From contig SXSK01000318.1 of assembly GCA_005793375.1 (NCBI GenBank), positions 905 through 64,904 of the forward strand: a DNA stretch of 64,000 nt. Reading direction: 5' to 3'. Positions 56,601-64,000 of the stretch are shown here, in pieces (the stretch's first letter is position 1; each line of letters starts with the position of its first letter). This DNA comes from Verrucomicrobiales bacterium (lineage in GTDB: Bacteria; Verrucomicrobiota; Verrucomicrobiia; Limisphaerales; UBA9464). The notes under the pieces are model-generated. The model did no database searches, was not told the origin of the DNA, and saw nothing but the letters and a program-made list of their open reading frames with translations. The position numbers and the translations under genes were made by a program.

Positions 56601-56966
56601 GACGCCGATGGGTTGCGCGATGACTGGGAACTGGCCTACGGCTTGAACTCTGACAATCCCGCCGACGCCGTTGCCGACGCAGACTTGGATGGTGTCAGCA
56701 ACCTGAATGAATACCTGGCGGCAAGCGACCCACGCAACGCCGCCGACCATCTGCGCCTCGAAGTGCTTTCACACACGGTTCATTTGGTGAAGTTTCGTGC
56801 ACTTACCAAGTCTGGCAGAAGCTACCAATTATTGCGTGCTGTCGATTCCGTGGCGGAGAAGTGGGACGTCATTATGGATGCCGTTGCCGGCACGGGTGCG
56901 ATTTTGGAATTCAGCGACTCGAATCCACCAATCGGTAATGCGTTTTACAGGCTGCGTGTCATGTGA
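50655..56966 (+). CDS. Giant secreted multidomain protein: three LamG, DUF642/CBM-like, DUF11, three Calx-beta, lamin-tail (LTD), TSP3 repeats and a C-terminal ...FYRL domain
   Basis: Signal MNSLFRAACQSLLLTATAAGSAFG. LamG blocks of the form GWWRAEN...GKVGQAFNFNG...FTFEAWVK...IDEPSLYDRALS. Calx-beta VTVEYFTVEGTAQSGRDFTAMAGSLTIPPG, LTD LISEVDRGAPNSVEFTNVS...VSGW and TSP3 DHDADGLRDDWE...DADLDGVSNLNEY. Confidence 0.88.
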   Translation: MNSLFRAACQSLLLTATAAGSAFGADCAPIPFGLVGWWRAENSTTTFQGESSGTLVGGASYAQGKVGQAFNFNGIDSGLLLGKNPAFHLQNFTFEAWVKRASAERPSQVAPYYAALVAGGANHFALAMFPDGRMTLGKVGISNAYSSQTLDGTEWHHIAVTKANSLVQFYIDGKSAGATVQSSTFSFETSLAIGSFGESYPGVGTEPFWGMIDEPSLYDRALSEEEVATIYRAGVAGKCGTTRNLISNGSFEEPAYPSGQGAIVRTQWVPGWEVAAFDGATEVQLGGHGGATAAAGAQSLELEGAEGLPAYFIRQAVTVSSGRLYRLRFAYAKNPFRERSRMRVELIGASVAGGEFDHAIENTLQNPEWVRDSIDFVATSSQMTVQFTGLSPNPGFGMLLDELELLEVGEIPLANPSFELLTGTNLSHFDLQGQLLDGHYSALTEFPFEDSGFGVSEPIPSWVGNALAGTVNPPSSLFAAGVPHGQNVAWLNAGGQIGQLLGAAYKSGRHYRLEVDVGWPTGVGFTGYVVGLYADGQVVAEDRNTLAILEGQFRRVTVEGILPPQSPLLGALIEVRLGNPGSQLGQVNFDNVRLTVESPEPPLECAPQLKDLAVWYRGEGTAADWLGRHPGTFAGGRYVAGSIGLGFEFDGTNEVVVPDAPVFNRDTFTIEAWVFPTSLDGAVDILVNKEVGPEFSQFQFELGIKGPVNDITGIIPLGNLAFYLGGVTGLPDDYGGWVDGLANVPLNRWTHVALGVEPGTVSVYVNGVETRRLTGLGGAVRTTSGALKLGSRHDWFVSHRPAERFNGRMDDFGFYTRKLATAEIATSYRSGDRCSEDLAVLVTAPAKVAHNEEFIITAMVSNYGNSEATQVTLTNVIPAGISVLATTNSQGQTMNFAGLVISDLGSLPGGQTATVHLLCRALVARPYQVSASIGRGEVDFNLENNHHTLDFEAVPLALDLEPRVSVVEGIDSAAEITVSLSSAVLKAVTVEYFTVEGTAQSGRDFTAMAGSLTIPPGVTRVPLRVPILDDAFFEAEEAFTLVLTNAIGAQLGRSNTVVTITSKDPKPRLEIEDVIVHEGNGFPTNVMVQVRLIGATENPVSVAFSTLNQTALSPTDYVATNGVLSFAPGVAEQMFSVRVNGDTVVEPNEAFFVNLSGAINAEVAKGTGAVVIVNDDFMHGQVVTFGWEPMASSQELGRPFAARFSARDGGDNLVADFNGAVQLSASVNGKRPTSVLISEVDRGAPNSVEFTNVSTNEVDVSGWIVFLYDDESWPLPKGSVRLPSFARIAPGAVFRVLEGTSPAARFPNVHTDFQLEWGSAFNSSRPNRVAVLWQDAAGKLVDFFCAADALPGQITVPSVVPNSEWVGPPLPNIPGGRSTYQRQGISDFDNAADWTTQFPSPGHRNFGLAVPFTDSRTLSVAPELALEFTGGVWSGMIQLNTFAPMVSLVANDGNGHVGFSAPFALTTPNDLAVSLRVTPDRAVVPIPEIHYSAIVTNPGPDISSNVVVEVRLDASFGQLAYQALRRIHVSQGSTRTSTYTIEQPPLAYQALRIVALFGEISPGGTASMNFEAVWPPYDFSYILPTNIVATATATGTQPDLNPFNNTATAAFEISRPCVALTNSSQVMGWWRGEGNGLDSIRGNHLVAEGEGEFFGEGRVEEHSLRFTATGAHRYAPNNASLNFAASEDFTIEAWVRVPARTIRERLTLLDKRDPSNGSGYVWFIEHGQLGMTLVDRAGASVTGLSGAPQLGLGASRPDLRDGNWHHLVAVLSHPHKARLSLFIDGRESSSDFASPGDLTTAAPLRFGYDFAGGLNTVFEGEIDELSIYRFAMDYAGVWSIYGTGAAGKCVSDLVLNITAPEQIQSQFSAPLVLGRPIVVSLLLTNAGPLGVPTTWLQAELSREFGTTRLLTPPLATNVINESNSIHDFGPLEAGASRMLQTEVTLTNLPPNLTVNYAASFQFTGLRVRNRGVSADFRVNPDHDADGLRDDWELAYGLNSDNPADAVADADLDGVSNLNEYLAASDPRNAADHLRLEVLSHTVHLVKFRALTKSGRSYQLLRAVDSVAEKWDVIMDAVAGTGAILEFSDSNPPIGNAFYRLRVM

Positions 56967-57143
56967 GTGAACATCGCCCACCTCGCCCTGGATAAATCTT
57001 GAGTCTTTCCATGGTAAGTCATAGCTTAATGGCGCATGCATGCGACTATTTCGAGCAAAGGGCAGCTCGTTATTCGACTACTGTTGCCAAAGCATTGAAC
57101 CTGGACTCGACGTGGTGTATGGATCGATTCTTTGAGTCTTTTC

Positions 57144-57896
57144 ATGATGACAAAAGTAGCTTTGGTTACCGGTGCGGGTTCCGGGATTGGGCGACGAAGT
57201 GCTGTCGCGCTGGCGGAGATTGGGTTCGATTTGGTACTGGCGGGGCGCCGTCGAGAACCGCTCGAAGCGGCCTTGGTGGACTTAGAGCAATTGGGGCGAC
57301 GCGGCCGGGTCATTCCCACCGATGTGACCCATCCTGAATCGGTGCAGGCACTGTTCGCTGAGATTCGTCAGGTTTATGGTCGATTGGATCTCTTGTTTAA
57401 CAATGCGGGTTTGAGTGCGCCGCCGGTTCTCTTGGAGAACCTGACTTACGAGCAGTGGCGCGCGGTTTTGGATACCTGTCTGACCGGCGCTTTTCTTTGC
57501 ACTCAGGAAGCGTTCAAGATCATGAAGGAACAAACCCCGCGCGGAGGACGGATCATTAACAATGGATCCATTTCGGCGCATGTGCCGCGTCCCAATTCAG
57601 CGCCCTACACAGCTGCCAAACACGCGATGACTGGATTGACCAAGTCGACGGCGTTGGACGGGCGCAAGTACGACATCGCCTGCGGTCAAATTGATATCGG
57701 GAATGCCGAGACCGAGATGACGGAAAAGATGAAGAAGGGGGTGTTGCAGGCGGACGGTTCCACAGCGGTCGAGCCCACGATGGATGTGAACCATGCCGCG
57801 CGGGCCGTAGCGTCCATGGCAGCTCTGCCGTTGGACACAACCGTCTTGTTCATGACCATTATGGCAACTCAAATGCCTTTCGCGGGTCGCGGATAA
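57144..57896 (+). CDS. Short-chain dehydrogenase/reductase (SDR)
   Basis: [16 protein letters not shown] (TGxxxGxG), NNAG, and catalytic S...YTAAK. Confidence 0.92.
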   Translation: MMTKVALVTGAGSGIGRRSAVALAEIGFDLVLAGRRREPLEAALVDLEQLGRRGRVIPTDVTHPESVQALFAEIRQVYGRLDLLFNNAGLSAPPVLLENLTYEQWRAVLDTCLTGAFLCTQEAFKIMKEQTPRGGRIINNGSISAHVPRPNSAPYTAAKHAMTGLTKSTALDGRKYDIACGQIDIGNAETEMTEKMKKGVLQADGSTAVEPTMDVNHAARAVASMAALPLDTTVLFMTIMATQMPFAGRG

Positions 57897-57973
57897 AGGA
57901 ATGCAAATTCCTGACTATCCGTGTGTGGAATGAGTATTCTGTGGACGCGGAACCCGCAGCCGCTGAATGCCGA

Positions 57974-59389
57974 TCAGGACAAGATATTCTTGACGATATT
58001 TCCGGCGATGTCTGTGAGACGATAATCCCGACCACTGTGACGGAAGGTGAGGTGTTCGTGATTCAATCCCATCAGATGCAGAATGGTGGCATGGAAGTCA
58101 TGCACATGGACGGGATCCTTGGCGACATGGATGCCGTAGTCGTCGGATTCACCATACGTCGTGCCAGGCTTGATGCCCGCGCCGGCCAGCCAAGAAGAGA
58201 AAACCCAATGATGATGTTCGCGTCCGCGGGCGTCCGCGGCGTTATTAAACGGCGTTCGACCAAATTCTGTGGTCCAGACGACGAGCGTGTCCTCGAACAT
58301 TCCCCGGGATTTCAGATCCCGAAGCAACCCTGCGATGGGTTGGTCAACGTTTTTGGCGAGTGGGGTGTGCGTGAGCATGTCCCCGTGGGCGTCCCAATTG
58401 TCGGAAGACCCGACGTCAATCAGTTCCACGAACCGGACGCCGCGTTCGGCCAGGCGTCGGGCTACCAGACATTGCCAAGCGAAGCCCTTGGTGCTGCCGC
58501 GCTCGAGTCCATAGAGTTTCAATGTGGCATCGGATTCTTTGGAAAGATCGAACACATCGGGCATCTCGGATTGCATGCCGAAGGCCGTTTCGAAGGATTT
58601 AATGCGGGCGTTGAGCAGCGGATTACCCGCTCGTTCCGCGAGATGGCGCTGGTTCATCCGGGCCATCATCTCGAGTTCGAGTTCTTGAAGACGACTGGTG
58701 GGAGCCCGTCGCTTAATATTGGCCACGGGTTCCGAGCCAGGAACTACGAGTGTCCCTTGATGGGCGCCCGGCAGAAAATCACTGGCCCAGACCTGCCCCC
58801 CGGCATAGGGGGTTTTGGGCGCGATGACGACGAATGACGGTAGGTTGCGATTCTCCGTGCCGAGTCCATAACTGACCCAGGAGCCGATGCTGGGTCGTGC
58901 AAATGTAAATGAGCCGGTGTGGATGCCGAGCGTAGCTTCGTAATGGTTGGTGTGATCCGACTTCATGGATCGTATCACGCACAGATCATCGACGCACTCT
59001 GCCATGTGAGGGAACAGACTGCTGACTTCGGTGCCACACTGACCGCGGGCCTTAAAGTCCCACTGCGGCCTTTTGATCCACATCTTGAAGTCGCCCTTGC
59101 GACCTTGGAATTCATCCACAGACACCGTCTTGCCCGCATCGGAGAACAACTTGGGTTTGTGATCCCAGGAATCCACATGAGAGACACCGCCGCTCATGTA
59201 AAGAAAGATGACGCGCTTGGCCTTGGGGGAATAGTGAGACGACCGCGGCAAGAGTGGGTCCGAGGGAGCTGGGCTGCCGGCCTCGTCGGCAAGCAGTTGG
59301 GAAAGGACACCTGGAAATAAGAGTGAACTCCCGACCATCGATCGCAGAAAGGTGCGCCGTGGAAGAGGATGAATGCGATTCGGGAGCAT
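57974..59389 (-). CDS. DUF1501 protein (second copy)
   Basis: Tat-like PRRTFLRSMVGSSLLFPG, then VIFLYMSGGVSHVDSWD...NWDAHGD...VVWTTEFGRTP...GREHH. The ATG at 59389 is 17 nt downstream of the DUF1553 gene stop. Confidence 0.9.
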   Translation of the reverse strand: MLPNRIHPLPRRTFLRSMVGSSLLFPGVLSQLLADEAGSPAPSDPLLPRSSHYSPKAKRVIFLYMSGGVSHVDSWDHKPKLFSDAGKTVSVDEFQGRKGDFKMWIKRPQWDFKARGQCGTEVSSLFPHMAECVDDLCVIRSMKSDHTNHYEATLGIHTGSFTFARPSIGSWVSYGLGTENRNLPSFVVIAPKTPYAGGQVWASDFLPGAHQGTLVVPGSEPVANIKRRAPTSRLQELELEMMARMNQRHLAERAGNPLLNARIKSFETAFGMQSEMPDVFDLSKESDATLKLYGLERGSTKGFAWQCLVARRLAERGVRFVELIDVGSSDNWDAHGDMLTHTPLAKNVDQPIAGLLRDLKSRGMFEDTLVVWTTEFGRTPFNNAADARGREHHHWVFSSWLAGAGIKPGTTYGESDDYGIHVAKDPVHVHDFHATILHLMGLNHEHLTFRHSGRDYRLTDIAGNIVKNILS

Positions 59390-59405
59390 GGGGAATCGGG
59401 TTGAG

Positions 59406-62400
59406 CTAGTCGATGTGTAGAAATTCGTTATTCGAGAACAACACACGTGAATAGGCCGCCAGGGCGGCGATATCGCGGTTGTCTTTTAGCGTGCGCCCAA
59501 ATTCGGCTCGGTAGGCTTCCAGGAATGTAGTGGCCTCGGTTTGTTCTGCTGCTGTTGGGCGCCGACCTAAAATTCGGCGGTAACCGTTCTCGATGTGTTG
59601 GGCGTCCTCCGTGTTGGATTGTAACAGGCGAGTGGCGAGTCGTTCCGCTTTGGCATGGACGAATGGATCGTTGAGGAAAAAAAGCGCCTGGGTGGGAACT
59701 GTGGTGACGCGTCGTTCGGGGGTGCTTGCGTTGGGGTCAGCGCCATCGAACAGCGTGAGAAACGGATGCCGTTTAATCCGTTGCGTCATGAGATAAACAC
59801 TGCGCTTGTTGTGATCATAAACCGCGCTGAATGGGCCGTGTTGAGAAAACCCCCATCCGATTGGGGAAGGAAACGGGTGATTGGTCCCCGTGTCGGGATC
59901 GAGTTCGCCGCTGACGAAAAGTATGGAATCCCGGATTTCCTCGGCGCTGAGCCTCCGGCGGGGGAACGAGGCATAGTGTTCCTCCCGTTCCTCGGAGATG
60001 GCCGCTTGCTGATAGGTGGCACTGAGTAGAATCAATCGATGCATGGCTTTGATCGACCATCCAGCACGAATAAACTGAGTCGCCAAATGATCCAAGAGTT
60101 CTGGATGGGTTGGTTTCAGGCCGCGTGTTCCGAAGTCATTTGGTGTCTTCACCAGGCCTTTGCCGAAATGCTGCTGCCAAATGCGATTCACCATGACCCG
60201 TGCCGTGAGCGGGTGTTTCGGATCCGTCAGCCATTGGGCGAGTTCCAGCCGCCCACTTCCTCGGACTTCGGACGTCAACGATTTGCCACCCAGCACTTGG
60301 ATCAGCCTTCGCGGGACCTCATCGCTCAGTTTGTCGGGTTCACCGCGCAGGTGAATGCGGGAATTGCGGGGCGTGCCCTCGGAGACAGCATAGGCAAGTT
60401 CATAGGGTCCTTGGATCAATAGCTGGTTGAGCTCCTGCTTGGCTGCTTCCATCTCGACGTTCGCCGCCGCAAACTGCCGACGCAGCTCCTTGATCTTGGA
60501 AGACCGCGCCGCGTAGTCCTCGGCAGTGAGCGACCGTGGTGGACTGTCCAACGGTGGAATGGGAATATCACCAATGGCAAAATTGTCGACGTCGAGTGCG
60601 GGCTTGACCCCGTTGAGGTGTCCGTAGCTGTCGATAAACGTGTAATCGATACCGCCGTCCCATCCCGAGGCGAGTTGGCCATTGAATTCGGTTCGATCTG
60701 ATCGTGAAGCGATGCTGCCCTGGTACGTCTTATCCTGCAAATTCATCGACAGCTGAACGTGATACCACTCACCGATTTTCAAGGGGAGAACCGCATCGCG
60801 TGTGTCACCGCTACGACGAAAGAACGTGGTCGCATTGAAGAAGAGCTCCACAGCAGCCGAACCTCCGGCGCCATGCCCAATGTAGAAGCGCCAACTACCG
60901 TCCCCAACGGTATCCTGGTTGGAGCATCGAAAATCAAAGCTCGCGTAGAATCGAGGCGTTTGAGCGGCCTTCCAATGATTCGTCAGGGTCTGACCGAATC
61001 CATTATAGGCCGCACTGTTGGGCAACTGAATACCCCGTCGACCTGGAGGATACACATGGGTGAACGGGCTTTGGGAGGAGGCGCGAATCTGAACGACACT
61101 GTTGGGCCCAGGCCCCCATGGCGTCGCCGGAGCGGTGTCGTCGGATTGTAGTTCGAAGTCGCCATCTAAGCCTGCCAAATGGGTTAGTTGGCGACTGAGA
61201 TCCGCAGGCTCAGTATCGGGTCCGCTAGATGCCAACCATGGCACTATCGTGGAGACGGATTGGATCGGTGTTTCACGTACCCCGAGGTTGTCGATTTCCA
61301 GCCCCGGGAATCGAACGGAGACAGCTTCTCCGCCCGAACCGATCTCCACAAAATCTAATGAACCATTCCACTCCTGCATGAAGGCTTTTTGGGGAAATTC
61401 CATGCGATCATCGGGGAGTCCGATGGCACCGCTGACGGTGCGGTTCTTCAGATCCAGCCGGAGTTGCAGATTATGCCAAGCTCCAGGGAGGAGTGGGCGC
61501 AAGGTTTCCCAGGAGTCGCCGACCCTCAGGGCGATACGGTCTGGTCCCAGAGAAAACTCCAGCGCTGGTGAATCGACTGTGGAGGCAGGCGCTTTGGATA
61601 CGCTCTTTTGTTGGGCACCGAGGCGAAGGTGATGCGAGCCGCCAGCCGAGAGGTCGTTGGTCGAAACTCGAAAATCGAGATTCAAATACAATACAGGATC
61701 GCCAGGTTGCAGTGGGCGAACGTAGAGCGTTTGGGCAATGCGGTACGTGTTGGTACTCGCGGCGACACTCGCGCCGACTTTGCCCAGAGCGTGGAGGTTC
61801 TTGAAGGGACTTTGAGCTTCGCGCGTGACGGCGACGTTTCCTTGGTAAACCCAGGGCGGCACGAGCACGCCATTGCTGCCACCAGCAGCAATCGCCTGCA
61901 TCTCGAAGTCGCCGTCCATATCGATGAGTGAACTCAGCACGGCGGCCGGCACCGGCTGATTCTGTCTCTGAATTTTGGACGCCAATATGGATACCCGGTT
62001 TTCAAAGACCTGCCACTTGGGCATGGCTTCGTCGGGCGGCAGCAGCGGAACCAGCGAACGGTGCCTTTGCTTCTGCTCCGAGCCGGGAAATGCATAGCGC
62101 GTGCTGTCGAAAATTCCGTAGAGACCGTAATAGTCTGTGGTGGAAATCGGATCGTACTTGTGAGCGTGGCAACGGGCACACCCCAAGCTCAAGCCCATCA
62201 CGTTCTGCCCGAGAGTGTCGATGGTGTCTTGTATCGTGAGGTGGTGATAATTCTCCGAGTCGAAACCGAATCTCCTGGAGATGGCCAGATAACCCGTGGC
62301 GATAATCTGCTCCGCATACCGATCGCGGGGTCCTTGGCGAGCGAGGATGTCTCCTGCGATTTGCTCGCGCAGGAACTCGTCATAGGGTTTATCGGCGTTG

Positions 62401-63365
62401 AAGGCCTGGATAACATAATTCCGATATCGCCACGCAGTCGGCACAGGATAATCCGCCGTTTCGCCTGCTGTATCCGAGTATCGAACGACATCCAGCCAAT
62501 GACGTCCCCAGCGTTCGCCATAATGGGGCGAATTCAGCAACTGTTCCACGACTTTGGCATAGGCCTCGGGCGATGTGTCTCCGATGAACGTATCCAAGTC
62601 CTCAGCCGTGGGAGGAAGCCCCGTGAGGTCGAATGCGGCGCGGCGCAAGAGTGTCCGGCGATCGGTTTGAGGTGCTGGATGAAGCCCCTGGGTTTCGATA
62701 CCCGCGAGAATGAAATCATCGACCGATGTCTTGGGCCACGACCGATCCCGGATGCTGGGAGGTGCTGGATCTTGAATTGGCTGGAAGGACCAATGACGGC
62801 TCCCGTTGGAGGCATTGACTGATGAGGGGTCACCATTTTCCGGAAACGGAGCGCCCATCTGGAGCCATTGGGCAAAATCGGCAATGACACGATCGGGCAA
62901 CTTCTTCTTGCCCCCTTTGGGCGGCGGCATGGCTAACTCCATGTCGGTGTGGCGGATGGCCTGTAGCAGTCGGCTCTTTTCCGGCTGCGCCAGATCGATG
63001 GTTTTGCCCGAATCCCCCCCTTTCAGTAACTCCTGGCGTGCGTCGAGCCGGAGCCCGCCGCCTAGTTTCTTAGACGCGGCGCTGTGGCATTCGTGGCAAT
63101 GTTCCACGAGTTGCGGGCGAATCTTGTTTTCGAAAAAGGCAATCCCGGCGGCACTGAGTTCGTTGGTGGCCCCTTGCAGTGTGCCAAGAGATGCGGTAAC
63201 GACGATGGTGAGTGCAATCCGGGCGAGGAGGTATCGAATCGTTGGGTTCCCACGGCTTTTGGGCAGAAATGCTCTGATCGGCGGCAGGGATGGGCTTGCC
63301 GTTGCGTCACCGGCCCAGGAAGTGATTTCAGATTTCTGATCCACGTATCTTGAGACACTCGGCAA
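59406..63365 (-). CDS. PSCyt1 (CxxCH) / DUF1549 / tandem ConA-like insert / DUF1553 protein
   Basis: CHECHSAASKKLGGGLRLD; LLNSPHYGERWGRHWLDVVRYSD...CARCHAHKYDPI; C-terminal RLELAQWL...HPLTARVMVNRIWQQHF. Between them is an insert of about 450 aa made of two homologous modules. Start uncertain (the ORF opens at TTG). Confidence 0.88.
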   Translation of the reverse strand: MPSVSRYVDQKSEITSWAGDATASPSLPPIRAFLPKSRGNPTIRYLLARIALTIVVTASLGTLQGATNELSAAGIAFFENKIRPQLVEHCHECHSAASKKLGGGLRLDARQELLKGGDSGKTIDLAQPEKSRLLQAIRHTDMELAMPPPKGGKKKLPDRVIADFAQWLQMGAPFPENGDPSSVNASNGSRHWSFQPIQDPAPPSIRDRSWPKTSVDDFILAGIETQGLHPAPQTDRRTLLRRAAFDLTGLPPTAEDLDTFIGDTSPEAYAKVVEQLLNSPHYGERWGRHWLDVVRYSDTAGETADYPVPTAWRYRNYVIQAFNADKPYDEFLREQIAGDILARQGPRDRYAEQIIATGYLAISRRFGFDSENYHHLTIQDTIDTLGQNVMGLSLGCARCHAHKYDPISTTDYYGLYGIFDSTRYAFPGSEQKQRHRSLVPLLPPDEAMPKWQVFENRVSILASKIQRQNQPVPAAVLSSLIDMDGDFEMQAIAAGGSNGVLVPPWVYQGNVAVTREAQSPFKNLHALGKVGASVAASTNTYRIAQTLYVRPLQPGDPVLYLNLDFRVSTNDLSAGGSHHLRLGAQQKSVSKAPASTVDSPALEFSLGPDRIALRVGDSWETLRPLLPGAWHNLQLRLDLKNRTVSGAIGLPDDRMEFPQKAFMQEWNGSLDFVEIGSGGEAVSVRFPGLEIDNLGVRETPIQSVSTIVPWLASSGPDTEPADLSRQLTHLAGLDGDFELQSDDTAPATPWGPGPNSVVQIRASSQSPFTHVYPPGRRGIQLPNSAAYNGFGQTLTNHWKAAQTPRFYASFDFRCSNQDTVGDGSWRFYIGHGAGGSAAVELFFNATTFFRRSGDTRDAVLPLKIGEWYHVQLSMNLQDKTYQGSIASRSDRTEFNGQLASGWDGGIDYTFIDSYGHLNGVKPALDVDNFAIGDIPIPPLDSPPRSLTAEDYAARSSKIKELRRQFAAANVEMEAAKQELNQLLIQGPYELAYAVSEGTPRNSRIHLRGEPDKLSDEVPRRLIQVLGGKSLTSEVRGSGRLELAQWLTDPKHPLTARVMVNRIWQQHFGKGLVKTPNDFGTRGLKPTHPELLDHLATQFIRAGWSIKAMHRLILLSATYQQAAISEEREEHYASFPRRRLSAEEIRDSILFVSGELDPDTGTNHPFPSPIGWGFSQHGPFSAVYDHNKRSVYLMTQRIKRHPFLTLFDGADPNASTPERRVTTVPTQALFFLNDPFVHAKAERLATRLLQSNTEDAQHIENGYRRILGRRPTAAEQTEATTFLEAYRAEFGRTLKDNRDIAALAAYSRVLFSNNEFLHID

Positions 63366-63588
63366 TTGGGGGATAAGAGATCAACCGGAAAGTCTGTGCT
63401 GGCGATAGTTTGGGTAGGGGCTGTGGATGCTGGCGCCGGTAAACGCCACCCCTGGCCCAGCCTCAACACGAGGGGGAGCACCAACCGCACCTGGTCTAGA
63501 AACGGACTAGCTCAGCCGCACTAGCAAGTTGAGCGGCAAGTTCTAGTTGCCGAGCTTTTTGAAGTTGGGCGTCGTTCTCAAGCCACGG

Positions 63589-63996
63589 TCAGCCTTCAAC
63601 ATTGGCGTGAGCGGGGGGCGGTTCTTTCGCAATCACATCCAATCCGATGCTCCTTACGACTTTGGCTTTGAATACTGCCGCACCTTTAAGAGTGCGCCCA
63701 TGGTTCATGATTGTGTGGATTCCTTCCAGCACTCGCGGGGGCACATTTAAACCATCAAAGCGCGCGACAACGTGGCCCTTATCCGCGCCGTCCAGCCACA
63801 CATACGCGAGGCGCGTTCCGATGCCGACACTCAACGAGAACATGCGGCTGCGGGACTGGATCCAGTCTAGTGACACCGAGCCGTCTGGTTCGGGCGCAAA
63901 CTCCGGTAGCGGAATCCTGCCTGGCAAAGCGCGGACCAGCGCTTCCGCGTTGAATACTGTCCTCGGGCCGATGGCCGCTGCCTTCTTTCCAAACAA
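63589..63996 (-). CDS. Hypothetical protein
   Basis: 135-aa ORF bounded upstream by a stop at 63997-63999 and opening at a non-ATG codon. I recognise no motifs. The composition is protein-like (…PEFAPEPDGSVSLDWIQ…). Confidence 0.4.
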   Translation of the reverse strand: MFGKKAAAIGPRTVFNAEALVRALPGRIPLPEFAPEPDGSVSLDWIQSRSRMFSLSVGIGTRLAYVWLDGADKGHVVARFDGLNVPPRVLEGIHTIMNHGRTLKGAAVFKAKVVRSIGLDVIAKEPPPAHANVEG

Positions 63997-64000
63997 CTAC

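Overview
GC-rich chromosomal segment with no rRNA, tRNA, CRISPR array, transposase or integrase that I can see. Gene content points to the PVC superphylum, most likely Verrucomicrobiota: DUF1501 and PSCyt/DUF1549/DUF1553 pairs, a prepilin-type DUF1559-like protein, giant LamG/Calx-beta secreted proteins, and leaders without Shine-Dalgarno sequences.

Layout:
- 1-900: 5' part of an enolase-superfamily dipeptide epimerase (minus strand, runs off the left edge).
- 1164-14412: one tightly coupled plus-strand operon for a type II secretion / type IV filament machine. It has GspE, F, G and four minor pseudopilins, a PilM-PilN fusion, PilO-like and PilP/GspC-like proteins, and a secretin encoded as two separate signal-peptide-bearing ORFs.
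- 14452-33872: STAS protein, Lrp/AsnC regulator, dehydrogenase-domain/HEAT protein, an 1113-aa beta-propeller protein, two FkbM methyltransferases, HscB-like and IscA, a nucleotidyltransferase, a DUF1501 / pseudopilin-like / DUF1553 locus, ndk and an alpha/beta hydrolase.
- 33947-45973: a copper/silver module of CopA, two paralogous YHS/TRASH-like lipoproteins, a CC-motif secreted ORF, a His-rich lipoprotein with six Cys-Cys doublets, CusCBA and a PQQ-like beta-propeller.
- 46111-63996: glycerate kinase, priA, a 2103-aa LamG/Calx-beta/LTD/TSP3 protein, an SDR, and a second inverted DUF1553-DUF1501 pair.

The most novel-looking items are the two-chain secretin, the cysteine-doublet lipoprotein with its neighbouring small metal-motif lipoproteins, GAAC-pentamer leaders upstream of two small secreted-protein genes, and a 25-bp hairpin built from octamer repeats. 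All functional calls come from motif recognition by eye. No database search was run.
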